DNA from: an uncultured Thermoplasmata archaeon
GTDB taxonomy: Archaea > Thermoplasmatota > Thermoplasmata > RBG-16-68-12
Direction: 5' to 3'
NCBI GenBank assembly: GCA_963768855.1
Contig: CAVYJM010000006.1
Location: 320,001 to 384,000 of the forward strand
DNA: 64,000 bases
The notes beneath the pieces were generated by a model. The model worked only from the letters and a program-made list of their open reading frames with translations. It was not told the DNA's origin and searched no databases. Positions 16,800 through 25,750 of this stretch are shown in pieces. The translations under genes and the position numbers were made by a program. Each line of letters begins with the position of its first letter. Within the stretch, counting starts at the first letter, position 1.

Positions 16800-17336
16800 A
16801 TGCTCTACGCTCGCATCCCGCAGGAACGTCTCGGCGTCCTGATTGGTCCCGAGGGCGGCACGAAGAGACGGCTCGAGGACCGCACGGGCACGCAGGTCCT
16901 CATCGACTCGGAGAGCGGCGAGGTCACGATCGACGAGGCCGGCGTCCAGGATCCGGTCCTCGCCCTCAAGGCGCGCGACGTCGTGCTCGCGATCGGCCGG
17001 GGCTTCTCGGAGGAACGGGCCTTCCGCCTCCTGGAGGACGACGTCTACCTGGAGGTCCTCGACATCAAGGATTTCGCACGATCCAAGGCCCGCCTCGAGC
17101 AGATCCGCGCCCGGCTCATCGGGACGCGGGGCAAGACGCGCCGGATTCTCGAGGAGCTCACGAGCGTCGACGTGTCCGTGATGGGTCACACGATCAGTCT
17201 CCTGGGCCCGACGTTCGAGATGGGGATCGCGCGGGAGGCGGTCATCATGCTCCTGCGCGGGAGCGAGCACGCGACCGTGTACCGATTCCTCGAGCGCAAG
17301 CGGGCGGACATCAAAGCGTGGCAGAAGGGCTTCTGA
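16800..17336 (+). CDS. KH-domain RNA-processing protein (Dim2/Pno1)
   Basis: RLGVLIGPEG, AIGRGFS, RLIGTRGKTR, G.EH..VY motifs; canonical rio1-KH linkage. Confidence 0.9.
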   Translation: MLYARIPQERLGVLIGPEGGTKRRLEDRTGTQVLIDSESGEVTIDEAGVQDPVLALKARDVVLAIGRGFSEERAFRLLEDDVYLEVLDIKDFARSKARLEQIRARLIGTRGKTRRILEELTSVDVSVMGHTISLLGPTFEMGIAREAVIMLLRGSEHATVYRFLERKRADIKAWQKGF

Positions 17337-17383
17337 GGCCTTCCGACGGAGGCTTTTAGCCCCGAGGCCGCCATGGCCTCGGC

Positions 17384-18043
17384 ATGGCGCAAGGGGATGC
17401 TGTGGACCTAGTGGAGGCCTACCGGACCTCCTTCCGCGACTGTCTGGTCCAGATCAACGAGCCGTCCCTTCTTCATCTCCGCGGGGAACTCCAGGTGATG
17501 GTCCGCTGGCTCGACGCCCATAAGGACGCGAAACGGGGCGCGGCCGCGGAGAAGGCTCTCGACGCGATCTCCCACTTCTACTCCTTCGGGGTCGAGATTG
17601 GCGGATTCGAGCGGTCCAGCAAGAGCGCGAACCAGGCGAGTCTCTTCGACCTCGCCTCGGTCGGCGTCTTGGGGATCGAGAACATCCTGACCGCGGAGAA
17701 CCGGTCCCTCATGCGGTATCTGATGAGCGGGCTCTCCGAGGGACTCATGTTCCTGGCGAGCCGCCAGTACGTGGCCGGGAGCAACGCGGTCCTCGAGGGG
17801 ACGTACAAGTCCAGCGCGCTCGCCGTGCGGGACTCCCTGTGGTCCCTCGCCCGGGACTTCCGGTCCACGGAGGACCTGGTCGCGATCCGCGAGGCTCGCG
17901 AGGCGATCGACAGCCTGTTCGCCCGGCTGGACGCGCCGGAGATCGACCTGCACGCCAAGGTGGCCCTGCTCCTCCAGCTCTACGGGATCGTGGCAATCGT
18001 CCGCTGCGCCCAGCTCCTCGAGGAGCTCCGGGACCTCGCATGA
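17384..18043 (+). CDS. Hypothetical all-alpha protein (219 aa)
   Basis: Track ORF with normal codon bias; no family recognised. Confidence 0.75.
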   Translation: MAQGDAVDLVEAYRTSFRDCLVQINEPSLLHLRGELQVMVRWLDAHKDAKRGAAAEKALDAISHFYSFGVEIGGFERSSKSANQASLFDLASVGVLGIENILTAENRSLMRYLMSGLSEGLMFLASRQYVAGSNAVLEGTYKSSALAVRDSLWSLARDFRSTEDLVAIREAREAIDSLFARLDAPEIDLHAKVALLLQLYGIVAIVRCAQLLEELRDLA

Positions 18044-18066
18044 CGTCCCGTCCGCGAAGGGCCAGC

Positions 18067-18082
18067 GAAAAGCGGTTATATA
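18067..18082 (+). promoter_or_regulatory. BRE/TATA of ppdK (GAAAAGCGGTTATATA)
   Basis: Purine-rich BRE followed by TTATATA about 37 nt upstream of the inferred start. Confidence 0.65.
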
Positions 18083-18118
18083 GGCCGCCCGACTACGGCA
18101 GGTAGCGGGGGTGGCAGC

Positions 18119-21022
18119 CTGCCCAAGTACGTGTATTTGTTTGAAGAGGGGGACGCCTCGATGCGCGATTTGCTCGGCGGCAAGGGCGCCGGCCTCGCGG
18201 AGATGACGCGCCTGGGGCTCCCGGTGCCCCCGGGGTTCACGATCACGACGAAGGCGTGCAACAGCTACAGCAAGAGCCGCCGTTTCCCTCCGGGGCTCCT
18301 GAAGCAGATTGACGACGCGCTCGCCGCCGTCGAGACGAAGGCAGGAAGGCGGTTCGGGGATCCCGCGAACCCGCTCCTCGTCTCCGTCCGCAGCGGCGCG
18401 AAGTTCTCCATGCCGGGCATGATGGACACGGTCCTGAACGTCGGCCTGAACGACGAGACCGTGCACGCTCTCGCGGAGATGTCCGGCAACGAGCGGTGGG
18501 CCTGGGATTCGTACCGCCGCCTCCTCTCCATGTTCGGGCGGATCGTCAAGGACCTCGACCCGCGTAAGTTCGAGGCGATCCTGGAGCGATTCAAGGAGCA
18601 GACAAGCGGGAAGAAGGACACGGACCTGACGGCCGACATGCTCAAGGCGATCGTCGAAGAGTACAAGGCCCTCTACCGCTCCGAGCTGAAGGAGGACTTC
18701 CCCCAAAGACCGAAGGACCAGCTGCGCGAGGCGATCGGCGCCGTCTTCCGGTCGTGGAACGGGAAGCGCGCGGTGGACTACCGCAACTTCAACAAGATTC
18801 CCCACGACCTCGGGACCGCCGCGAACGTCCAGATGATGGTCTTCGGGAACATGGGCGCGGACTCCGGGACCGGAGTGGCCTTCACGCGGAACCCGAGCAC
18901 CGGCGATAGGCAGCTGTACGGGGAGTACCTGTCGAGCGCCCAGGGAGAGGACGTCGTCGCGGGAATCCGCACGCCCCTGAAGATTGCGGACCTCAAGGAG
19001 AGGTCCCCCGTCGTCTACGAACAATTCTCCAAGGTGGCCGAGCTCCTCGAGAAACACTTCCGCGACGTCCAGGACGTCGAGTTCACCGTGGAGCGGGGGA
19101 AGCTGTTCATGCTCCAGACCCGCTCGGGCAAGCGCACCGCGCAGGCCGCGGTCAAGATCGCGGTGGACATGGTGCGCGAAGGGTTGATCACGAAGGAGGA
19201 GGCCCTCCTCCGCGTCGAGCCCATCCACGTGATCCAGCTCCTCCTGCCGCGCTTCGACGAGGAGGCCAAGAAGGCGGCCGCCAAGGAGGGCCGCTACCTC
19301 GCGAAGGGCCTCAACGCGTCCCCGGGCGCGGCGACCGGATACGTGTCCTTCGACCCGGACGAGGCGGAGCAGCTCGGCCATGAGGAGAAGAAACCCGTCA
19401 TCCTCGTCCGGACCGAGACCTCGCCGGACGACGTGCATGGCATGCTGTATGCGAAGGGCATCCTGACGGCGCATGGTGGCGCCACGAGCCACGCCGCCGT
19501 CGTCGCGCGCGGCCTCGGGCTGCCCTGCGTCGCAGGCTGCGAGGCGTTGCGGATCGACTACCAGAAGGGAGAGTTCCGGGTCGGCGACAAGGTCGTGCGC
19601 CGCGGCGAGTACGTGTCCGTGGACGGGACGACCGGAGAGGTGTTCGAGGGCAGCATCCGTACGCTCGACGCCGACTTCGAGCGGGAGATCGACCTCCGCG
19701 AGCTGCTCGGATGGGCGGACGAGGCCCGGCGGCTCCAAGTGTGGGCGAACGCGGACTATCCCCGCGACGCACAGAGGGCCCGCAAGTTCGGGGCCCAAGG
19801 CGTCGGCCTCTGCCGGACGGAACACATGTTCTTCGAGAGGGACCGCCTCCCGGTCGTGCACGAGATGATCCTCGCCGCCCCGGAGTACCGCCGCACCCGG
19901 GCCCGGGTGGACGCGCTCCGCGCCGAGGTGGAGGCCGCGAAGGACGAGAGGAAGGCGGAGCTGGGGAAGAAGCTCTCCCTCCTCGAACCGATCCTCGAGG
20001 ACCTCTCGCATCGGTACCTCGATTCCTTAGGGAAGCTTGGTGAGCTCCAGCGGGAGGACTTCGTCGGCATCCTGCGTGCGATGGCCGGGCTGCCCGTGAT
20101 CATCCGCCTGATCGACCCGCCCCTCCATGAGTTCCTCCCGAACTACGACACGTTGCTCGTCGAGGTCACGAAGCTCCGCCTCGGCCGAGGCGACCCCGGA
20201 CTCCTCCGGACGACGGCCTCCTCCAAGGAGGACAAGGAGTTCCTGGGGGAGATCGAGGAGGCCGGCCACGGCGATCTGGCCCGGGGCATCGAGGCCCTCC
20301 TTCCCCAGAAGGAACGGCTCCTCGCGGCGGTCGCGGAGATGAAGGAGGCGAACCCGATGCTCGGCCTCCGCGGATGCCGCCTCGGGATCACCTACCCGGA
20401 GATCACCCAGATGCAGGTGCGGGCCATCTTCGAGGCCGCCTGCTGCCTCAAGAAGGAGGGCGTCGACGTCCACCCCGAGATCATGATCCCGCTCGTGGGC
20501 CACGTGCACGAGCTCCAGGATCAGCGCGGGGCGCTGGAGTCCGAGGCGAAGAAGGCGATGGAGCGCGAGGGCGTCACGGTCGACTACAAGTTCGGCACGA
20601 TGATCGAGATTCCCCGCGCCGCGCTGACCGCGGACGAGATCGCGAGGTACGCGGAGTTCTTCTCCTTCGGGACGAACGACCTCACGCAGACGACGTTCGG
20701 CTACAGCCGCGACGACGCGGAGGGCAAGTTCCTCCTGGAGTACGTGGCCCACAAGATCCTCCCCTTCAACCCGTTCCAGACGATCGACCGGGAGGGCGTC
20801 GGCCAGCTCATGCGGATGTGCGTGCAGAAGGGACGCAAGGTGCGGGCGAGCCTCGAGGTCGGGATCTGCGGGGAACACGGGGGCGACCCGTCGAGCATCG
20901 AGCTGTGCGACGAGATCGGGCTCAACTACGTGTCCTGCTCCCCCTTCCGGGTGCCGGTGGCCCGCCTCGCCGCGGCCCATGCGAAGCTCCGCGGCTCCGT
21001 CGCCATCACGAAGGACCGCTAG
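18119..21022 (+). CDS. ppdK: Pyruvate, phosphate dikinase
   Basis: LGGKGAGLAEM, VSVRSGA, TSHAAVVAR (phospho-His), GLCRTEHMF, FSFGTNDLTQ, GICGEHGG; inferred CTG start at 18119 (next in-frame GTG at 18131). Confidence 0.96.
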   Translation: MPKYVYLFEEGDASMRDLLGGKGAGLAEMTRLGLPVPPGFTITTKACNSYSKSRRFPPGLLKQIDDALAAVETKAGRRFGDPANPLLVSVRSGAKFSMPGMMDTVLNVGLNDETVHALAEMSGNERWAWDSYRRLLSMFGRIVKDLDPRKFEAILERFKEQTSGKKDTDLTADMLKAIVEEYKALYRSELKEDFPQRPKDQLREAIGAVFRSWNGKRAVDYRNFNKIPHDLGTAANVQMMVFGNMGADSGTGVAFTRNPSTGDRQLYGEYLSSAQGEDVVAGIRTPLKIADLKERSPVVYEQFSKVAELLEKHFRDVQDVEFTVERGKLFMLQTRSGKRTAQAAVKIAVDMVREGLITKEEALLRVEPIHVIQLLLPRFDEEAKKAAAKEGRYLAKGLNASPGAATGYVSFDPDEAEQLGHEEKKPVILVRTETSPDDVHGMLYAKGILTAHGGATSHAAVVARGLGLPCVAGCEALRIDYQKGEFRVGDKVVRRGEYVSVDGTTGEVFEGSIRTLDADFEREIDLRELLGWADEARRLQVWANADYPRDAQRARKFGAQGVGLCRTEHMFFERDRLPVVHEMILAAPEYRRTRARVDALRAEVEAAKDERKAELGKKLSLLEPILEDLSHRYLDSLGKLGELQREDFVGILRAMAGLPVIIRLIDPPLHEFLPNYDTLLVEVTKLRLGRGDPGLLRTTASSKEDKEFLGEIEEAGHGDLARGIEALLPQKERLLAAVAEMKEANPMLGLRGCRLGITYPEITQMQVRAIFEAACCLKKEGVDVHPEIMIPLVGHVHELQDQRGALESEAKKAMEREGVTVDYKFGTMIEIPRAALTADEIARYAEFFSFGTNDLTQTTFGYSRDDAEGKFLLEYVAHKILPFNPFQTIDREGVGQLMRMCVQKGRKVRASLEVGICGEHGGDPSSIELCDEIGLNYVSCSPFRVPVARLAAAHAKLRGSVAITKDR

Positions 21023-21034
21023 TCGCGGAGCGCC

Positions 21035-21820
21035 ATGGCCGACCTAGGGATCTCGCCGACGTTTTTCATCGTCATGGCCGTCTCGGCCTTCTCCCTCCCG
21101 CTCCTGTTCGTCTGGTGGGTCCGGAACACGAGGCGGTATCGTCGCGAGCCGATGCGCGTCGTCCTCAAGGTGTTCGGGTGGGGCGCGTTCGTCAGCGTCG
21201 TGATCGCGCTCATCTTCGAGCTCGTCCTGACGGCCGCGGCCATGGAGATCGGTCCTCTCTACTCGTATCTCGCGAGCCACTTCCCGATGGACCCCACGGT
21301 CGTGTTCGGCTTCCTGGTTGCCGCGCCGTTCGTCGAGGAGGCGTCCAAGGGATTGGGCGTGCGGACCGCCCGTCCGAACATCCGTGCCGGCTCGGACGGG
21401 CTCGTGTACGGCGCCGCGGTCGGCTTCGGGTTCAGCGCGATGGAGAACCTCCTCTACGGTCTGTCGACGTGGGCCCTCCTCACGCAGCAGGGCGTCGATC
21501 CCTCCGCATCCCTCCTGGTGATCGTGGTCCGGTCCTTCTCATCCTCCCTCTTCCACGCGAGCGCGAGTGCCGCGGTCGGCTACGGCCTCGCGAAGACTTG
21601 GCTCTCCGGGCGGCGGTACGCCTACCTCCCCTTCTACTTCCTCGCCGTCCTCATGCACGCGACGTTCAACTTCACGTCCAACCTGAGCTCTCTGTACCCT
21701 GGCAGCCTGGGCGGGCTCGTGGACTACGTCGCGTTCTTCGCCGCGGTCATCTTCGCCGTGATCGCGATTACGATCGTCCGGTTCAAGCTGGCCTCTCGGC
21801 GGCCCACAGCAGTTCGGTGA
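21035..21820 (+). CDS. PrsW-family intramembrane metalloprotease
   Basis: APFVEEASK, GFGFSAMEN, FHASAS, HATFN motifs; multiple TMs. Confidence 0.88.
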   Translation: MADLGISPTFFIVMAVSAFSLPLLFVWWVRNTRRYRREPMRVVLKVFGWGAFVSVVIALIFELVLTAAAMEIGPLYSYLASHFPMDPTVVFGFLVAAPFVEEASKGLGVRTARPNIRAGSDGLVYGAAVGFGFSAMENLLYGLSTWALLTQQGVDPSASLLVIVVRSFSSSLFHASASAAVGYGLAKTWLSGRRYAYLPFYFLAVLMHATFNFTSNLSSLYPGSLGGLVDYVAFFAAVIFAVIAITIVRFKLASRRPTAVR

Positions 21821-21827
21821 GGAACCC

Positions 21828-22490
21828 ATGCACCCGCTGGATGTGGACGGAAGGATCTTGGACGTCTCGAAGATCGTGTGCCTGGCGCGCAACTATGCGG
21901 AGCACGCGAAGGAGCTGGGCCACGTCGTGCCCAAGCAGCCCGTCTTCTTCCTGAAGCCGCCGTCGTGCCTCCTGCCGGGAGGCGGGGAGATCCGCATGCC
22001 CACGGACATCGGGCGGGTCGACGTCGAGACGGAGCTCGTCGTGATCCTCGGCCGCGGCGGACGCGACGTCCGCGCCTCCGAGGCGATGGAGCTCGTTGCG
22101 GGCTACGCGGTCTTCTTCGACATCACCGCCCGCGATCTCCAGGGCCAGGCCCGGAAGGACGGACAGCCATGGACCGCGGCGAAGGGCTACGACACGTTCG
22201 GGCCCATCTCACCGCCGGTCGCCGCACGAAACGTGCCGGACCCCCACAACCTGCCGATCCGACTCAAGGTAAACGACACCGTACGGCAGGACTCGAACAC
22301 CCGGCACATGGTCTTCCGGATCCCCGAGACGCTCGCCGCCGTCTCGCGGGTGATGAGCCTCGAACCGGGCGACCTGCTCGCCACGGGCACCCCGGAGGGC
22401 GTGTGGCCTCTCGCGCCCGGCGACGTCCTCGAGGCGGAGATCCCTGGCGTGGGGTTCCTTCGCTGCACGGTCGCCGCGCGAAAGCCGTAA
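21828..22490 (+). CDS. Fumarylacetoacetate hydrolase family protein
   Basis: KIVCLARNYAEH, FFLKP, VDVETEL, DITARD, AKGYDTF, TGTPEGV. Confidence 0.92.
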   Translation: MHPLDVDGRILDVSKIVCLARNYAEHAKELGHVVPKQPVFFLKPPSCLLPGGGEIRMPTDIGRVDVETELVVILGRGGRDVRASEAMELVAGYAVFFDITARDLQGQARKDGQPWTAAKGYDTFGPISPPVAARNVPDPHNLPIRLKVNDTVRQDSNTRHMVFRIPETLAAVSRVMSLEPGDLLATGTPEGVWPLAPGDVLEAEIPGVGFLRCTVAARKP

Positions 22491-22518
22491 ATCCCCGCGC
22501 GTGCTCTCGTCCCGTCGC

Positions 22519-22989
22519 ATGCGTTTCCGGTTCGAGCTCACAGGGGACGCCTACTCGAAGAACAAGGAGGCGTTCAAGCGGATCCTCGCGAAGCACGGGC
22601 TCCGCTGGCAGGGGACCCTGGAGCACCCGCTCTGGAGCGGTCGCACGGACCGGGTCTCCGCGGTGTTCGACCGGGACGAGGCGCACGACACCCTTCGCGG
22701 CGCGACGCTCGTGTGGCAGGGACAGGTGAAGTCGGACCTCCTCGAGGACCTGAAGGCATGGACCTGGGAGGTCGGCGGACGCGCGGCGGAGGAGACGAGC
22801 CCGGCCGCGGACGACGTGAGCGACGAGGTTGCGCAGGCCCTCTGGTACTGGGACCTCGTCTTCAAGCCGAACGTGGATTGGCTCGCGTCCCAGGGACGGC
22901 CCAAGGCGTGGATCGACGAGGACCTCAAGCGCTGGAAGCACCAGCGGCAGACGCGCCAGCGCGAGCTGATGGGACAGGCGACAGACTAG
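22519..22989 (+). CDS. Hypothetical protein (156 aa, Trp-rich)
   Basis: Track ORF, ATG at 22519, typical codon usage. Confidence 0.75.
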   Translation: MRFRFELTGDAYSKNKEAFKRILAKHGLRWQGTLEHPLWSGRTDRVSAVFDRDEAHDTLRGATLVWQGQVKSDLLEDLKAWTWEVGGRAAEETSPAADDVSDEVAQALWYWDLVFKPNVDWLASQGRPKAWIDEDLKRWKHQRQTRQRELMGQATD

Positions 22990-23156
22990 AAGGTCGCGTT
23001 CCGGCGGATCTCGAGCACGTCGTAGCAGTCGAAGCAGAAGCCGAGTCGCTTGTCATCGGGAGAGAGGACGATCCGCGCGTGGCAACGCCGGCAACGAGCT
23101 TCTCGGTCGCCTCCCTGCGAAAGTCTTCGAGTGTCCGGCTTGAGCTTCCACGCGAT
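22986..23156 (-). CDS. Unannotated small C4 zinc-finger protein (56 aa), inferred ATC start
   Basis: Manual translation (I/M)AWKLKPDTRRLSQGGDREARCRRCHARIVLSPDDKRLGFCFDCYDVLEIRRNATF*; GGAG RBS; TTTTATAG TATA at 23205-23212 on the minus strand. Confidence 0.6.
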   Translation of the reverse strand: MAWKLKPDTRRLSQGGDREARCRRCHARIVLSPDDKRLGFCFDCYDVLEIRRNATF

Positions 23157-23271
23157 GATCTCCGCCCCCCGTGCAAGGCAGCGGAGGCACGGAGTCGTTG
23201 AATTCTATAAAAACGTTGGGTTCCGGCTTGCGCGACACGCCCTGCCGACGCCTTAATCCGCCTCCCTTTCA

Positions 23272-23895
23272 TTGCCCGCGGCGGTGCTCCGCGGATTCGT
23301 CACCTTCGAAGGAATCGACGGCTCGGGCAAGACCACCGTGAGCCGCCTCGTGGCGAAATCGCTCGAGGAACGAGGAGAGCGCGTCTTCTGGACGGGAGAA
23401 CCGACCCGGCAGTGGACGGGCGAGGCCGTCCGTCGCTCCTACGCGGACGACGTCGGACCGCTCGCGGAGTCCTTCCTCTTCCTGGCGGACCGTGCGGCGC
23501 ACCAGGAGGAGATCCGCCGGCATCTTGCCGCGGGGGATCTGGTCCTTTGCGATCGCTACGCCGATTCAACGTACGCGTACCAGGGAGCGCGGCTCCGCGG
23601 GGTCGTGGCGCAGCCCATTCCGTTCCTGCGCCGCATGACGGAACCGTGGCTCCTGCCACCGGACCTCACCCTGCTCCTGCGGATACCTGCGGCCCTCGGC
23701 CTTCGCCGCATCGCGGACCGTCCCGAGAAGGTGCGCTTCGAGGAACTCGCCTTCCTGCGCCGGGTGGCCCGTAATTACGACTCCTTCGCGAAGGGCCGCC
23801 GGTTCGTCGTCCTCGACGCCCGCGGCCCGGTGGAGACCGTGGCTCGGGCCACGATCGAAGTGGTCGACCGGCGCCTCGGCCCACGGCGACGGTGA
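23272..23895 (+). CDS. tmk: Thymidylate kinase
   Basis: FVTFEGIDGSGKTT, LFLADR, CDRY.DS..AYQG; TTG start. Confidence 0.93.
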   Translation: MPAAVLRGFVTFEGIDGSGKTTVSRLVAKSLEERGERVFWTGEPTRQWTGEAVRRSYADDVGPLAESFLFLADRAAHQEEIRRHLAAGDLVLCDRYADSTYAYQGARLRGVVAQPIPFLRRMTEPWLLPPDLTLLLRIPAALGLRRIADRPEKVRFEELAFLRRVARNYDSFAKGRRFVVLDARGPVETVARATIEVVDRRLGPRRR

Positions 23896-23896
23896 C

Positions 23897-24043
23897 TCAG
23901 GATCCTGCGGCGATCAGCGCTCGTTCCCGAAGGAACGCGCGCGCGAACACGGCGGCGTTCTCGAGGTTGCCCCGTCGGAGTTCGAGAAGGAAGGCACGGC
24001 TGAAGATGACCTGGAGCCGGGGGTCCCCCAACTGGGCCGCCAT
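23897..24043 (-). CDS. Possible 48-aa helical small protein
   Basis: Manual translation MAAQLGDPRLQVIFSRAFLLELRRGNLENAAVFARAFLRERALIAAGS*; converges on the tmk stop. Confidence 0.45.
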   Translation of the reverse strand: MAAQLGDPRLQVIFSRAFLLELRRGNLENAAVFARAFLRERALIAAGS

Positions 24044-24204
24044 GCAGGGGTCCCCAGGGTCCCGAGCGGGCTTGAACCAACCACTCAGGAATATCAGAGG
24101 CGATTATCACCAGGTCAAAGACGATGAGGACCGAACCGGAGATCGCAGTGGACAAATGTTTTTAAGTCCACCGCTGGTTATCGCGCCGTCCATGGGATGC
24201 ACGC

Positions 24205-25695
24205 ATGGAGTCAACCGTTCATTCTAAGGTATCCTCTCATCACGCGGGCGAGGGGTTCATCGGGGTGATCTATGGGGACGTCGGCTCGACGTCCTTCCGT
24301 TGCTCCGTCGTGTACCCTGTGGACCGCTACGACTTCGTGCAGGTGCACCACGAGACCTGCGGCACCGTCCTCGGCCGCGTGGACGAGATCGAGCGCAAGA
24401 CGGACCTCTCGCTCGACCGTGCGATGTCCGAGGACGCGGAGGCGTCTCCGATCGAGGAACGCGTCTCCGCGCAGGTGTCCGTGATTGGGTACCGCGATGA
24501 CCGCGGCCTCCTGCAGGTGCCGCGGACTCCGTTCCGCGCGGGCGAGGGCGTGCACAAGGCGGAGACGTCCACGATCCAGGAGGTCATCGGCCTCACGGAG
24601 GACAAGAAGCACGGCGCCTACGTCGGGCTCCTGGCCGGGCATGACGTCCCCGTGTACCTGGACATCAACGCGATGGTCCAGAAGCACGTCTCGATCCTCG
24701 CCAAGACCGGGGGCGGGAAGTCCTACATCGCCGGCGTGATCATCGAGGAGCTGATGAAGCATCACGTGACGACGGTGATCATCGACCCGCATGGGGAATA
24801 CGAAACGCTGCGCGAGAAGGGCAAGGTCTCCGACCACAGCGGTCGCTTCCACGTCGACGCCCGCGGCTATGCGGACATGCTCCAGATCTTCTCCCCCGAC
24901 ACGAAGGTGAACAATGGGGCGCGGCCGCTGAAGTTCACCCTGAGTAACCTCGATGCACGGGACATCCTCTCCCTGACGGGAGCGGGGAAGGTCCGGACGC
25001 ACCTGACCGCGCTGCGGAAGGCCCTCGACACCCTCCGCGCCGCGACGAAGAGCTACACGATCCGCGACGTGATCCGCGTCCTCGAGCGGGACGACGACCC
25101 GCAGAACGCCTCGCTGATCGACGAGCTCGAGTACCTGAGCGAGGTCGAGATTTTCGCGCAGGAGGGCACGCGGATCGACGAGCTCGTCGTGAAGGGGAAG
25201 ACGACGATCATCAACCTCAAGGGCGTCGCGCCGGACATCCAGGAGCTCGTCGTGAACCGCCTCGCGACCGCGATGTTCGAGCTGCGGAAGGTCGGCCGCA
25301 TCCCACCCATGATGCTCGTCGTCGAGGAGAGCCACAACTTCTGTCCCCAGGTGGGCCAGGTGGCGTCCTCCAAGATCTTCCGCACCCTGGCGTCCGAGGG
25401 GCGGAAGTTCGGTCTCGGGCTCCTGGTCATCACGCAGCGGGCCGCGAAGATCGACAAGAACGTCCTGAGCCAGTGCAACACTCAGATCATCCTCAAGGTC
25501 ACGAACCCGAACGACCTGAAGGCGATCATCGCCAGCGTCGAAGGCCTGACGACGGCCATGGCGGAGGAGATCTCCCGTCTGCCCATCGGCGTGTCGATCA
25601 TGACGGGCGGCGGACTGCAGATGCCCCTGATGGTCGAGGTCCGCCCGCGCGAGACGAAGCACGGCGGCGAGAGCGTCAAGGTGATCGAGGACTGA
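24205..25695 (+). CDS. HerA/FtsK-family ATPase (HAS barrel + DUF87)
   Basis: N-terminal HAS barrel, HVSILAKTGGGKS Walker A, IDPHGEY, VEESH Walker B, EGRKFG, TQR, SQCNTQII. Confidence 0.88.
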   Translation: MESTVHSKVSSHHAGEGFIGVIYGDVGSTSFRCSVVYPVDRYDFVQVHHETCGTVLGRVDEIERKTDLSLDRAMSEDAEASPIEERVSAQVSVIGYRDDRGLLQVPRTPFRAGEGVHKAETSTIQEVIGLTEDKKHGAYVGLLAGHDVPVYLDINAMVQKHVSILAKTGGGKSYIAGVIIEELMKHHVTTVIIDPHGEYETLREKGKVSDHSGRFHVDARGYADMLQIFSPDTKVNNGARPLKFTLSNLDARDILSLTGAGKVRTHLTALRKALDTLRAATKSYTIRDVIRVLERDDDPQNASLIDELEYLSEVEIFAQEGTRIDELVVKGKTTIINLKGVAPDIQELVVNRLATAMFELRKVGRIPPMMLVVEESHNFCPQVGQVASSKIFRTLASEGRKFGLGLLVITQRAAKIDKNVLSQCNTQIILKVTNPNDLKAIIASVEGLTTAMAEEISRLPIGVSIMTGGGLQMPLMVEVRPRETKHGGESVKVIED

Positions 25696-25750
25696 CGAGG
25701 CGTCCCCGCGGAACCTTTATCGGGATTCCGTCCCCTCGGCGCGGGCGGCA

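Noticed and set aside
23892-24227. Plus-strand 111-aa ORF between tmk and herA
   Set aside because: Poor composition, and it runs through the herA TATA region; the antisense 48-aa ORF is more protein-like.
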